Positions 37,063 through 51,469 of a stretch of 64,000 bases of DNA are shown piece after piece. A program made the translations under genes and the position numbers. Position 1 is the first letter of the stretch; every line of letters starts with the position of its first letter. Under the pieces are notes generated by a model. It ran no database searches. It worked only from the letters and a program-made list of their open reading frames with translations, and had not been told where the DNA came from. This DNA is from Octopus sinensis (taxonomy: Eukaryota), in assembly GCF_006345805.1 (NCBI RefSeq), contig NW_021829832.1, positions 124,001 to 188,000 of the forward strand, read 5' to 3'.

Positions 37063-37369
37063 TGATGAACTTTCAAATAATTAAATCATTAAAAGAAAAT
37101 ACATCCTGAATTATTCCTTCTGAATCCAATTAAGATAAAAAAATTAAAGTGTAGCAAATAATTAAGAGAGCACCACAAAGTAAATCAACAGCGTGCTCAC
37201 ACGTGGAATAATTTATTAGGCATTAGGTTTGCCATTAAGAAATTAAGATAATTGACAATAATTAATGAAAAAAACTTTATTTTTATTACAAAACAGTATT
37301 GAATGTCAGTAATTCTTACTTTTACAGAGAGCAAGCTATGTAACTTATTTCTTCGCAGGGATATTTTTC

Positions 37370-38050
37370 TTAATATGCTCGATTGCTTTTCTTCCCTGCA
37401 AACTTGACAAAATCGGTGAAGAAAGGCGGCTGCATTGGGACTATTGTTGTTGGGAACTATTTGGTCGTTTGTTTGCAAAAGTCGGATCCAATAAGGTAAT
37501 TCCACCTATTAGTGACAAACTCCAGCTCATTCAGTTGGGTGTTGGCGTGTCTGGCGGGTGCGAAGCCTCGGTCCATGCATCCAGGAGTTTTATTGGATTG
37601 TCCAGTTTTCCTAAACAGCCCTGACCCTGATTATTATTAAAATTGAATGTAAAGAATGCGTTCAATTCTCCAAACAGAAAGCATTTACTTCAGTTTTGTA
37701 AATACATAATTTTTTTATTGCTGCCATTTGTTTTTCTTTCATATAAGCACCTGAGCGATTCTTTTATTTCTTCTTTTTTGGTGTAGAGCAAGTCGATCTT
37801 TTGGGTCCATTATTATTTGCCCTTTACGTAGATTTTGCTACACGTAAAGATACGTTGCCTCTTAAAATTTGTATTTGGATAAACGTATCGGTGGTCTTTA
37901 AAATTATTTATGGACATTATGTTGACTCGCTGGAGCATCTTTTGGACCAGCACGGGCCAGCTTGCTTACGGGCCAGTCGCCAACCGTATTCTGGCTTTTG
38001 CCTTAACCTCCTTTCCACGATGTGTAACACCTGCTGATGTGATTTAATTA
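37370..38050 (+). pseudogene. Highly degenerate CRE RT fragments
   Basis: QLGVGVSGGCEASVHA, QVDLLGPLLFAL, ACLRASRQPYSG correspond to motifs of the young CRE. Confidence 0.65.
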
Positions 38051-38137
38051 AAAACGGAGTTTTATATTGTAGTATGATTACTGGCTGGGTTCGCTGGAAA
38101 TGTCGATGAAACAACTTTTATACGTCATTAGCTAACG

Positions 38138-39829
<1,692 letters not shown>

Positions 39830-40044
39830 AGCTAACGTATCAGATCTAATTATTGCTAGGAAAATACAGCGCCTAACTTTTATCGACAAAGACAACTGCT
39901 TTGTTGCTACCGCGGGAAATGACAAACGAAATTCTTTGTCAGGACTTGAGTTCTCTCAATTAAAGAATTTATTGTCTAATGTTTAAAATACTTTCTCGAA
40001 GTTGTTGTGATATGTAGGAACAGACATAGAACTTTGACGTAAGT

Positions 40045-40200
40045 GATTATGCTGTCTAGGTCGACTGGTTTCCCTTCCACTCTAAAGGACCTATCGCCCA
40101 TTTCCTTCCTTTCAGGGAAAGCAAGTCTTTGGTTTGGGACGCCACCTGCGTCGACTCTTTTTCGGTAACGTCGCTACCAAGGCTTGCAGCAGCCTGGGCT
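40045..40200 (+). pseudogene. Small CRE RLE remnant
   Basis: PFRESKSLVWDATCVDSFS, close to the 19095 copy. Confidence 0.6.
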
Positions 40201-40399
40201 CCGCAATTTATATTCTAAATATTTGTTGCATCAGAGCAAAGTTAAAGAAGGATGCCTTATAATATCAAATCTTTATTAAAAGACAGATAATCAAAAGTTA
40301 ACTAAATTAATCCGCGATCCGTCCGATTACGAAGTCGAAGGAACACCTCGGAAAGAGTGTTTTCTAATTGGTCCCTCTGCCAATGGGAATTAGGAGGTG

Positions 40400-41200
40400 C
40401 ATCAACAATGTCTCCTGTCCTGTTGTCAACTGAACAGATAGATATAGTTAGAAATTTTCAAGAATCAGGTCTTTTCCAATGGAGCTATGTAAAGCTGAAA
40501 AGGAAAGGTTCAGAAGATTATCTAAAAAATTTATTTTCGAAGATGATCTTACATTCATTGTGGTAATCTCCGTTGTATAGAATTCTAGATAAAAAACATA
40601 AAAATGAGATACTTTGCCACTGATGAACTAGAACTTAAAAGAGCCTATATAGAAGTAGTTCCTACAATTATTTTTAGGCTGAACATAACAAATATCATTT
40701 TTGACGAAACCGACTATTCAGTATTTTAAGAAGAACTTTTTACAATTGCACTAGAGACCAAATTTCTGCAATCATTCGTCGGTGTAGCTATTGTTTTCAA
40801 AAAAAACAATGGCTACTAAACCTACAGTCACTCCAATCATTGCTAAAAATCCGCGCGATAGATATATTCTAAAATGCATGCGATGTGCCTCGAGTTCGGC
40901 ACTAATCAGATGTTTGGTAGACCTCGTTCCCCTTGGATACAAGGTCAAGTTGAAAGGTAGATACAAGGTAATTTAACATTAAGATTCAATCAATAAAAAG
41001 GTGGATTTCGTCAACAACCGCTTCAGAGAATAAATTTGGCAGTTATTTAACCTGCCTTAAACGAATTATATTCATGTACAACTACACCATTCACGAGACA
41101 ACAAGAAAAATACCATTCGAAATTTTTATCGGAGCCAAATATCTGAATGAAGTTTGCCTTGAAGATTATCAAGGCTTGTTGGCTTTCGACGACGATTCTG
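40400..41200 (+). pseudogene. Degenerate Ginger/KRBA2-like integrase
   Basis: PIIAKNPRDRY, GRPRSPWIQGQVER, YNYTIHETTRKIPFEIF. Confidence 0.65.
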
Positions 41201-41209
41201 TAACCTCTA

Positions 41210-41690
41210 TAGAGCCCTCAAGGCTGCAGGCTCTCCGTCACAACTTGAGCCTGTCGGATTGGACCGTGGTGATGGCAAACGCCCAGACGGAATGACAATC
41301 TTTCCTTTTCGGGAAGGCAAGTGCCTCGTCTGGGATGCTACGTGCATCGACTCTTTCTCTCCATCGGCAATCATGTCATCTGCCACTTCCCCCGGGTCCG
41401 CTGCGGAAAAAGGCTGAGACGGCCAAAATTAAAAATACCAAGAACTTGGACGCCGTTTTATATTCGTAACAATCGCTTTGGAGACATCGGGCGTCGCAGG
41501 ACCTCTAACCTCGGCCTTCATCAACGACATCTGGAGGAAATTGGCCCACAGGACGAAAGAGCTACGCGAGGTTTCGTGGCTATTGCAGCGGATATCCATC
41601 GCCATTCTCCGTGGCAACACGCATGCGGTACTTTCCGCAGGAGGGTGCGTGCTTTAGCCCCCCGGAATTTCCCCTCTGTACATTCCTAAC
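41210..41690 (+). mobile_element. CRE 3' fragment (start of duplicated block, copy 1)
   Basis: [35 protein letters not shown] across frameshifts. Confidence 0.8.
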
Positions 41691-42310
41691 TTAATTTGTT
41701 TTCTCATCTTTAACTTGATTGAAAAAAAATTATAAAAATTTGTAGTCGAAAAAAAGCAGAAATACGAATTTCCGAAATACAAAAATGAGCCAAAGATTAA
41801 TGATTTATAATGATTACTATTTTGTTTCGAAATGGTTTTCATCCGTAAACTCAGACAAAACGGAACTTACGATGCTTACACATATTTATCGAAGTTCTGA
41901 CGAATCATGGAGAAGCAAAATAAGGTGGAAGACTCAAAAGACGTTACTTTCAGCCAGATTGCAATGAGTGCATTGAACATAACATCGCCTATATAGATTC
42001 TAAAGATCAAAAGAAAACTAGGAAAATTTGAACACACGACCAAGCATCGTGAATTAAATCAACAATTGTCTAAAAAACTAATTGGATCCAATCTAAATAG
42101 CTTGGACAAAACCAAAGTGTTCAATTAACAAACCACAGAAATCTAATGGTATAACATTTCTTATTCTGAACTCATCTTTGAATATTACCCTAACAAAAGT
42201 GAACATTTGTACGATAGATCTCGACAAAAGATCATTCTATTTCCCTCATAGTATAATATCCAATAAACAATATATAACTATGCTTGATACAAACAAATGT
42301 ACTCAACGAA

Positions 42311-43137
42311 TTAAATTTCAGTATAATTAACAATAAGTCTCCTGTCCCGTCTGATTCGCATTTGATGATGATAATACGTCTTGATGAGAGTCTTTCCTAC
42401 AACAAAGGCAAGTCCTCCCTGAATATAAATACTGATAACCCAACCAAAATAGTCTGCCTGAGTGCATCACCACTAAACATAAGTCGACCCAAATATATTG
42501 ATATTGTGGGGAAAAAGAGAGCAGAGGAGAAGGAACCCAACATTGAATACAAAGCAGATTCCTCGTCCTCCTCCACTTCCTCCACAGGACTGCTCATTGT
42601 CACAAATTCGACCAATTGGTTATGCAGACTGATTCTCCGGCATGAGAGAAGTGCCAGAGGAATGCAAGGAAGACCCAACAGAAGGTCGCCCATACTGCAT
42701 CTGTCAAACCAGCGACCGGCATCTCTGGGACCCAAAATTTGGACAACAGTGAATGCCCCGTAGGTGGTGGCACTCCAGTACACGGACACTCCCAACATGG
42801 CCATTCCAGCAATCGACGCTGCACTTTCCAACCAATGGGAGATTTGTCTCATCACTTCTAACAACACTCCTTCAATAAATTGACATCACCACCTGATTTG
42901 GGGTATATTATGCAATAGTTGTGTCTACAAAGAGAGCACTCCACGGTGTCCATATTTCTATCTTGTTTCAAGTCTATCCACGTGTTTATACAACTCTGAT
43001 GAACCCACTTGTTAGTCCCCTTACATGCACATGGACTTATCAGTACACTCTCCACGTCTTCCTCTTCATACTGCAAACATATCCGGCACTGTCTACTAAC
43101 TCAATCAAACCACAACATACCGGCCAACTAGGTCCAT
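42311..43137 (-). CDS. MARCHF5: Mitochondrial RING-CH E3 ligase MARCH5/MITOL, copy 1
   Basis: QCRICL..ISPCACKGTNKWVHQSC..ECSLC RING-CH; GVSVYWSATTYGAFTVVQILG; LLLGLPCIP; C-terminal RRLIVNY. Confidence 0.9.
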
Positions 43138-43239
43138 TCAATATGTATAATTAAATAATTTATTATGAACTAAACAGAATTTTAGTTGTTGTGGTGTTGT
43201 GTATGTCCGTTCCTAATTTATTATTATTATTATTATTTT

Positions 43240-43910
43240 ATTTAATGATATGAGGAAATCGAAAAAGGATAAAAATAACATAACAAGTGCAGGAGTGTCC
43301 TCTCTGGGGGTGGATAACAGCACAAGGACTAGTATTCATGACAATCCAATTGCTGGGAACCCTACTACCCCAACTAACTTGCATTCCCTTTCGGCCATTA
43401 TCGATGATGCTATTTGTGTTTCTGAAGCTGAGTGGGTGTCTCAGATTGTTTATGCCACTTGCAGATATTGATCCCCACCCTGCTTATTTCATTCTCAAAA
43501 ATTATCTTCTGGTCTAGAAGAGTTGAATATACAAATTAAGAATATTGAATCGATTCCAAGGGATTCACGCAAACCAACTGCAAAAATTCAAAATAAATAT
43601 TTGAAAACTGATAGATTGACAGCATTGAATTGGGCGATATATTATATTACGAAAGATAATCATCCTAATGATATCAATAGCATTTCTGATATTCTATATG
43701 CTGCTCAATGTGCATATTTATCTCTAACCATGAGAGACAGAGCACATGGGTAGAAAATATTGAAAAGAAAATTTCAAAATTATCTGCAGAATTGGAAATC
43801 GTTAATTCTCATTCCAATCAAACACTACCTCCATCTGAAAAGCAAAAGGTAATGGATGTAAGATCAAAAATCCCATTAGGCAGTTTAATTACATTATGAA
43901 GATAAAATCG
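43240..43910 (+). mobile_element. 5' part of an R4/Dong-like non-LTR element following a (TTA)n tract
   Basis: (TTA)6 at 43218-43236; ISDILYAAQCAY, WVENIEKKISKL, ends YEDKID; frameshifted. Confidence 0.55.
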
Positions 43911-44626
43911 ATAGTAGGGGGTCTCTGAAATTTTTTAAAAGCACTTTGCGGGGCCCCATTAAAAAAAGGTTGAGAAACGCTAATCTAAAATTTGTCGATC
44001 TGTTTTAATTTGTGACAAAATAATGTTTATAATTCAAAATTTTATTCATTTTTACCGAGTAAATTTTTTTATTTCTTAGACAATAAATTTATTTAAATTT
44101 TATGCTTTTAACTTTATTTATATCACGCTATTAGTTTTTGTTGTCACATTTTAATAAGGAAATTATTAAGAATTTAGGATTTATTTACTTAAATTCAACA
44201 AATATATTATAATCATGTGATGAATAAAAGGCGAATAAGAACAACGCATTGAGATTGGGTCCGTAGCCTATTTCATGTGTCGTTATGACTTTATTTTTAT
44301 TCTGATGATTATACTAATTCATTTAGTTTTTTATATGATGGGGGTGGACCACATCTTTCTTCGAAATATACCGAAAGGCTGAGGACTTAGGCAACTATTT
44401 AGTTAATTAGTTTTTTTTATTTCATAAGTAAAGCTACATTGACTAGATTAGTAGAGTTCTTATTTTGGGAAATTATACTTGTAGCCCGCATTCCGGAAAT
44501 TGGTAAACTTTATTTAATACAAAAAGAACTCAGACTACAGTTGGAAAATACGAGTTTACCTGAAAACATAAAATAACTCCGCACGCAGTATTCATAAAAA
44601 TGAAACAATTATAAAAATGTCGTGTT

Positions 44627-45100
44627 TAGAGCCCTCAAGGCTGCAGGCTTTCCGTCACAACTTGAGCCTGTCGGATTGGACCGTGGTGATGGCAAACGCC
44701 CAGACGGAATGACAATCTTTCCTTTTCGGGAAGGCAAGTGCCTCGTCTGGGATGCTACGTGCATCGACTCTTTCTCTCCATCGGAAATCATGTCATCTGC
44801 CACTTCCCCCGGGTCCGCTGCGGAAAAAGGCTGAGACGGCCAAAATTAAAAATACCAAGAACTTGGACGCCGTTTTATATTCGTAACAATCGCTTTGGAG
44901 ACATCGGGCGTCGCAGGACCTCTAACCTCGGCCTTCATCAACGACATCTGGAGGAAATTGGCCCACAGGACGAAAGAGCTACGCGAGGTTTCGTGGCTAT
45001 TGCAGCGGATATCCATCGCCATTCTCCGTGGCAACACGCATGCGGTACTTTCCGCAGGAGGGTGCGTGCTTTAGCCCCCCGGACATTCCTAACTTAATTT
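44627..45100 (+). mobile_element. CRE 3' fragment (copy 2)
   Basis: ORF 44622-44834 [32 protein letters not shown]. Confidence 0.8.
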
Positions 45101-45975
45101 GTTTTCTCATCTTTAACTTGATTGAAAAAAAATTATAAAAATTTGTAGTCGAAAAAAAGCAGAAATACGAATTTCCGAAAATATGAAATACAAAAATGAG
45201 CCAAATATGTTTAAAACAATTCAACTTCTTAACAGAGGGGAGTGTTCGTCCCCTATCACTGTAATGTCACTGAGGACGTCGAAAAAGCCAGTATTCTAGC
45301 TTCCCACTTTGATTCCCTATTTGGCATGCATGTTGAAGCTAACCACACACTGCAACCCAGTTGTTTCCGAAAATATTAAACATTCCAGTACATTCTCTAA
45401 GTACTTTCACACCTACAGTGGGGCAAACAAGTCATGGAACGCCTATCTTTTTTTTAATTGGACATGTTTTATAATGATTACTATTTTGTTTCGAAATGGT
45501 TTTTATCCGTAAACTCAGACAAAACGGAACTTACGATGCTTACACATATTTATCGAAGTTCTAAAGAATCATGGAGAAAGCAAAATAAGGTGGAAGACTC
45601 AAAAGACGTTACTTTCAGCCAGATTGCAGTGAGTGCATTGAACATAACATCGCCTATATAGATTCTAAAGATAAAAAAAAGACTAGGAAAATGTGAAGAC
45701 ACGACCAAGCGTCGTGAATTAAATCAACAATTGTCTAAAAAACTAATTGGATCCAATCTAAATAGCTTGGACAAAACCAAAGTGTTCAATTAACAAACCA
45801 CAGAAATCTAATGGTATAACATTTCTTATTCTGAACTCATCTTTGAATATTACCCTAACAAAAGTGAACATTTGTACGATAGATCTCGACAAAAGATCAT
45901 TCTATTTCCCTCATAGTATAATATCCCACAAACAATATATAACTATGCTTGATACAAACAAATGTACTCAACGAA

Positions 45976-46802
45976 TTAAATTTCAGTATAATTAACAATA
46001 AGTCTCCTGTCCCGTCTGATTCGCATTTGATGATGATAATACGTCTTGATGAGAGTCTTTCCTACAACAAAGGCAAGTCCTCCCTGAATATAAATACTGA
46101 TAACCCAACCAAAATAGTCTGCCTGAGTGCATCACCACTAAACATAAGTCGACCCAAACATATTGATATTGTGGGCAAAAAGAGAGCAGAGGAGAAGGAA
46201 CCCAACATTGAATACAAAGCAGATTCCTCGTCCTCCTCCACTTCCTCCACAGGACTGCTCATTGTCACAAATTCGACCAATTGGTTATGCAGACTGATTC
46301 TCCGGCATGAGAGAAGTGCCAGAGGAATGCAAGGAAGACCCAACAGAAGGTCGCCCATACTGCATCTGTCAAACCAGCGACCGGCATCTCTGGGACCCAA
46401 AATTTGGACAACAGTGAATGCCCCGTAGGTGGTGGCACTCCAGTACACGGACACTCCCAACATGGCCATTCCAGCAATCGACGCTGCACTTTCCAACCAA
46501 TGGGAGATTTGTCTCATCACTTCTAACAACACTCCTTCAATAAATTGACATCACCACCTGATTTGGGGTATATTATGCAATAGTTGTGTCTACAAAGAGA
46601 GCACTCCACGGTGTCCATATTTCTATCTTGTTTCAAGTCTATCCACGTGTTTATACAACTCTGATGAACCCACTTGTTAGTCCCCTTACATGCACATGGA
46701 CTTATCAGTACACTCTCCACGTCTTCCTCTTCATACTGCAAACATATCCGGCACTGTCTACTAACTCAATCAAACCACAACAAACCGGCCAACTAGGTCC
46801 AT
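45976..46802 (-). CDS. MARCHF5: MARCH5/MITOL, copy 2
   Basis: Same exon structure as copy 1; differs at FFPTISIY vs FLPTISIC and first-intron donor GTATGT vs GTTTGT. Confidence 0.88.
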
Positions 46803-46829
46803 TCAATATTTATAATTAAATAATTTATT

Positions 46830-49510
46830 TCAAACCACAACAGGGAAGCAATTTCGTAAGGATAATTAGTGCTTCGAATTAAATCGAAAAAGATTCTATC
46901 GAGACTTATCAATGAAAGAGGAAGTGACGCTGTATGGATTTGATGATGAAGAATGTGTCTCTTTTTGGCAAAAAGTCTGGAGCGAGAGAAATGAGAGGCC
47001 TCAATCTTATGATGTTGTTGGAAAACCAACTACTTGTGCTCAACATATGCTTCCAGAGTTTACGGAAGAGTTTTTTGGAAATGTTATTGACTATCTTCCT
47101 GACTGGAAGGCATGTGGGTGTGATGGGATATATAACTTTTTCATTAAGAAGATGGAGTCATTACATGGATTTCTGTGTCACGAGATAACCCGAATAATTA
47201 ATGGAGAGTACATGCCTGAAAATTGGTTTTACACTGGAATAACATATTTGATTCCTAAAAAAGAGGATTGTGAGACCCCGAAGGACTTACGTCCTATAAC
47301 GTGTATGCCGACATTGCATAAACTTGTCACCAAATGTGTTAATGTAAAACTGGCTGATTTTGTCGAGGCATTTGGCCTAATTTCAGACAACCAACTTGGA
47401 ACGAGGAAGTATTGTCAAGGCGCCAAGGAGCAAGCTCTCATTAACCAATGTTTGAACAAGGAGTACGGGAATGGTCTTTATTCTGCTTGGGTCGATGTGA
47501 AGAAAGCATATGACTCAGTTGATCATGATTTTTTGTTTCACGTTTTGGATTGTTCTGGAATCCCGCTTTGGATCGTAAACTTTGTGAAGAGCGTAGTTAA
47601 GAAGTGGGCAGTAAAGCTGCATATGGAAGGTAGAAGAATTGGATCAGTGAAGTTAAACCGAGGAATTTTACAGGGAGACTCATGTCTCCTTTACTATTTG
47701 TTATGGTATTAGATCCTCTAAGCAGGATCTTAATTCCGTGTTTCCAAAACTTGAACTTAACCAGGAAGATCCCAATATGTTAACATATTCTACTAATCAT
47801 TTGCTATTTATTGACGATCTAAAAATATTTGCTCTCAAACAAGACACTTTACTCAAAATGATGGAAGCTGTTAACGGATTTTTTAAAATTGTTGGTTTGG
47901 AAATGAATTCAGAAAAATCAGCGTCTAATTTGGAGTCATTATCATGTTGTAAGACTATTGACGGAATCAATGGATATCGGTATTTGGGTGTACTTGAGGA
48001 TGATGGAAGCAATGTTCTTAAGAATAGAGTTATGGACTCTATCTTTGAGAATGTTAAGAAGAGGATAACTATGCTATCGAAAACAAAACTCAACTCTGTG
48101 AATCTGTTTCGTGCTATAAATGAATATGCATTGTCACTATATAATTATTATATTGGGCTAATCAATATTGAACCTTCTGAATTTGATGATATTGACAGAC
48201 AAATACGGCAATTGCTTACGTCGCTCAGATTACATCTCAAACCTGCAAATAAAGAGAGACTGTATTTAAACCGGAAGGCTCTTGGAAGAGGGCTTTCATC
48301 AGTTACTTTCAAAAGTGAACTAATGCTTTTCCAGTTCCTTACGAGTCTGGAAAATATGTCAACTATATGCTTACGGAGGGCGGGGATTCTGCGTGTAATT
48401 AAAATGAATAAATGGCATTTGGCTATGATCGCAGGATTTCTATCCTCCAAATATGCAATTATTGATAAGAAGAGTATTACTATGGAGTCTCTAAAGTCCA
48501 GTCAGATACAATATTTACAAAAGAAAATTAGTTCTAAAGCACTAAATTCTGTGCTTTTCAAATGTATGGATGAACCTAATGTTGATTTACCTGCATCCTC
48601 AGAATGGCTATCTAATGGAAATAATGGGCCACGAAGCGAACATTGTATTGTCTTTTGCAAGATCGAAACTTGTTCTTTGCATCCGCTGACTCATTATGCA
48701 ATCATTGTAAGAAAAGCAAGAAAACTGTTGACCACATGGCTACTCAGTGTGGTAAAATGCTCAACAGTGATTATCTCCGGAGACACAAGGAAGTTGTGAA
48801 GTGTATTCACCTTAACTTGTGCCGAATATATGGACTCAAAAAAGCAAGACGATTAAAGGGACATTCTGTTCAGTCAACACTGTCGACGGGAAAAGTTGAA
48901 ATCAGGGTTGATTCTACAATCCTCACCGAAACAAAAGTAGAATATAACAAGCCAGATATCTTTGTCCACGACAAAGTCAGAAACGAAATAAATCTAATTG
49001 AAGTGGGTATTACTTCACAGGATCGCCTCAAGCAAGTGGAGGTTGAAAAGTGTCACAAGTATGACCTATTGGCAAGTGAGCTTTCGCTTCTGTATAGCTG
49101 TCAAGTAAAAATAATTCCTGTGGTTATGACATGGGATGGAGTTGTCTCGAAATGCTTCAAAAATTATATGAAGAAACTATCTATTGAAGCAGGAACGAGG
49201 ACATACATCCAATCCGTTGTACTGAAAAGAACGCTCGAGAGAATGATGATCGAACACAAGCACGGAATGAAGGTATCTGGTGAAAAATACGCTTCTGCTT
49301 CCAACCGGTATGTGGAGATGGCATGCAAAGATAAAGACGACCCAATGAATGCTAAAGAAGATGCAATGGTTGAATCAGATGTGGTAATGGGGAGTAAGAG
49401 GCAGCTGGAAGTAGGCTCTTCTTCCAAGAGAAGGAGAGTGGATATCAGCGAGCTGGAGTGAGATCTGCTTAGTTTCTGATTAACTATTAATTTATTATTG
49501 TTTATTAAAT
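46830..49510 (+). mobile_element. Near-intact R4/Dong-like non-LTR retrotransposon (RT + CCHC + PD-D/E RLE)
   Basis: WKACGCDG, LRPITC, WVDVKKAYDSV, QGDS, LLFIDD, RLYLNRKALGRG, CNHC..H..C, KPDIFVHD..LIEVG..EKCHKY; only three single-base frameshifts in about 850 codons; TTA/ATT-rich tail. Confidence 0.92.
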
Positions 49511-49565
49511 TTAAAAAGCAAAAAAAAAAACTAAACAATTCAAAAACTTGAATGAAAAACAACAG

Positions 49566-51028
49566 TTATAACAGATTGCTAAGCAACTGATTATACTTGT
49601 CTATTTCGTCTTGTTCGGCCTGAAGATGCTCCTCCACAATCTACCATACATGGAGGACACTCACCGGCACGACGTACTTATTGAGTGAACGCCACAGCGA
49701 TTGGACAGCACGTACTTCCTCCTGTCGAGACAGTCTCATCTGCTCCCTCTGTGGAGTAATAACCCAGCCATACCATTCGCTCTCTTTTGTGTCGTTCTGC
49801 ATATTTGTGCATATACTCCACTATCCTCTCCGATGCCTGGACTAACAAATCATACCAGACAGTCTACTATAAACACACACATCACCTTCATCTCCTCCAC
49901 TCCTGGCACTTCGAAACACCCATTTTCTGGATTGTCGTACACCTCCAGTCGCAAACTGTCATATTCCGTCACATTCTCCACATCGGACACACATTCATTG
50001 TAGTACATCACATATTCCGATATCTACTCATCAGAGTGGACTACCAGTGCTCGCAATTTGACATTGGTCTCCGCAATCTCCCTTAACTTGTCCATCCTGA
50101 CCACCTCCTCCTGCCGAGTACAGTCCTCTATGTCCGGACAGTAAGTCGACTCCTCCACCCACGGCACACTCTCCACTCCCAACAGTCCCCTTCCTCTCTC
50201 AATCTCCGATTCTACGACATTCCTCCACCCACCACCTCTGAATTCGCAGTCCAGTCTCAGTTTGCTGTGTTCTAACTTCAATTCCTCAATCGACGGCAAT
50301 AAAAGACTGATTTGGCAGTTCATGGCATCGATCTCCCGTCTGAGTTCCTCACATTCCATTTCCTCCCTCTTTTCCGACTCCTGCATAACCAGACAGGCAG
50401 GAATACGTATTTCTCCTTGTAGACTGACAACTCCCTGTCCAATTCAGCCAGTTCCGCCTCCAGTCGGGCTTCTTCGTCCGACTCCAGAAACTCCCCGACC
50501 CCTCAAATAAGCCAACAAACAACCGTAAAAGTCAACGAAGGCTGAGTCGTCAGTCCTGTCTGGAAATAGACGACGGAATTGCGTGTCTTGAATCACGGTG
50601 GGCAGTTGGAGGGTCTGTTGGACTGTCAGTTCCATTTTCTGAGTGGGAGGGATTGGGGTACTTGTTCGGATGAGATGAGCCAACTAAAGAGGGCGAGGAT
50701 CTTCTTTTTGGAGCATTCACGTGCAGGATTGATCAGGTCGTTCATGTGGAGATGAATGGGGGAGTCGAATTTGCCCAAAACCTCGAGGATTTGACGTTCT
50801 TTTAGCTTTGGAGGAATTCTTAAATTACTGACTGTCTTGATGATGTGCTAATATGGTGAGAAGGGGGAGTACGTTGAAGATTAAACGGACATTGGTGCAG
50901 CTAAGCACATCGAGAATTCCTTCTGAATAATTGGGGAAGTTCGTAGTTTTTAAATACTTTATTATATATATAAATTCTACTTTTTTAATATCTTTTTTAT
51001 ATTGTATTTCGATCGGATTTACAGGCAT
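49566..51028 (-). CDS. Ndc80/HEC1-like kinetochore protein (CH domain + coiled coil), divergent and short
   Basis: IIKYLKTTNF..RLIFNVL..|LRIPPKLKERQILEVLGKFDSPIHL..KKILALFSWLI aligns by eye to the Ndc80 CH domain (..EEEVPRIFKDLGYPF..HIVAALVWLI), followed by coiled-coil exons. Confidence 0.5.
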
Positions 51029-51469
51029 TACTTTACTCCACAGAAAATTAATGGCGCTAAATTTATTTAATTATAATGTGACATTTTTTATTTTAACTTA
51101 TTTAATTAAGAATTTTTACCAAAATTAATAGTGAAGGTTAAACTTCTTGATTTTTGTTCACTTACTTGTGGAACCTCAGAAGATATAGAAAAGGGCCAAA
51201 AAATGTTTATTATCAATCAAAAAAACTTGAGGGTCGTATTTCTTTACTTCAACTTGCCTTAAACGATCTTGTGAGTAATCCCCACTTTGATTAAATTTTA
51301 TTCTTCTTGTCATACACAAAAATGTCTGGTTTATTGAATTAGACTCGTTTCAGTCATAATTGACGTGTCAACTCTGATTTCGACATTTTGGATGGACACT
51401 ATTGACACAACCAAATGTCCTTTCAATTTCCTGCTTCATTTAATTCCATGCATTCGACATAAATGAAGA

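Larger units (their letters stand above)
41210..43164. repeat. Segmental duplication copy 1 (CRE end + MARCH5)
   Basis: Near-identical to 44627-46829 apart from small indels and a ~270-bp segment present only in copy 2. Confidence 0.92.
44627..46829. repeat. Segmental duplication copy 2 (CRE end + MARCH5)
   Basis: Starts at the same CRE truncation point (TAGAGCCCTCAAGG) and ends at the same AT-rich point (AATAATTTATT) as copy 1. Confidence 0.92.

Noticed and set aside
41210-46829. MARCH5 duplication by CRE 3' transduction
   Set aside because: No poly(A) or TSD at the ends of either block, and both copies share the same CRE 5' truncation point, favouring a DNA-level event.
46830-49510. Window derived from a microsporidian
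   Set aside because: Cys-loop receptor, G-beta, MEIG1, PPOX, MARCH5 and dense introns indicate a metazoan; only the retroelement is microsporidian-like.
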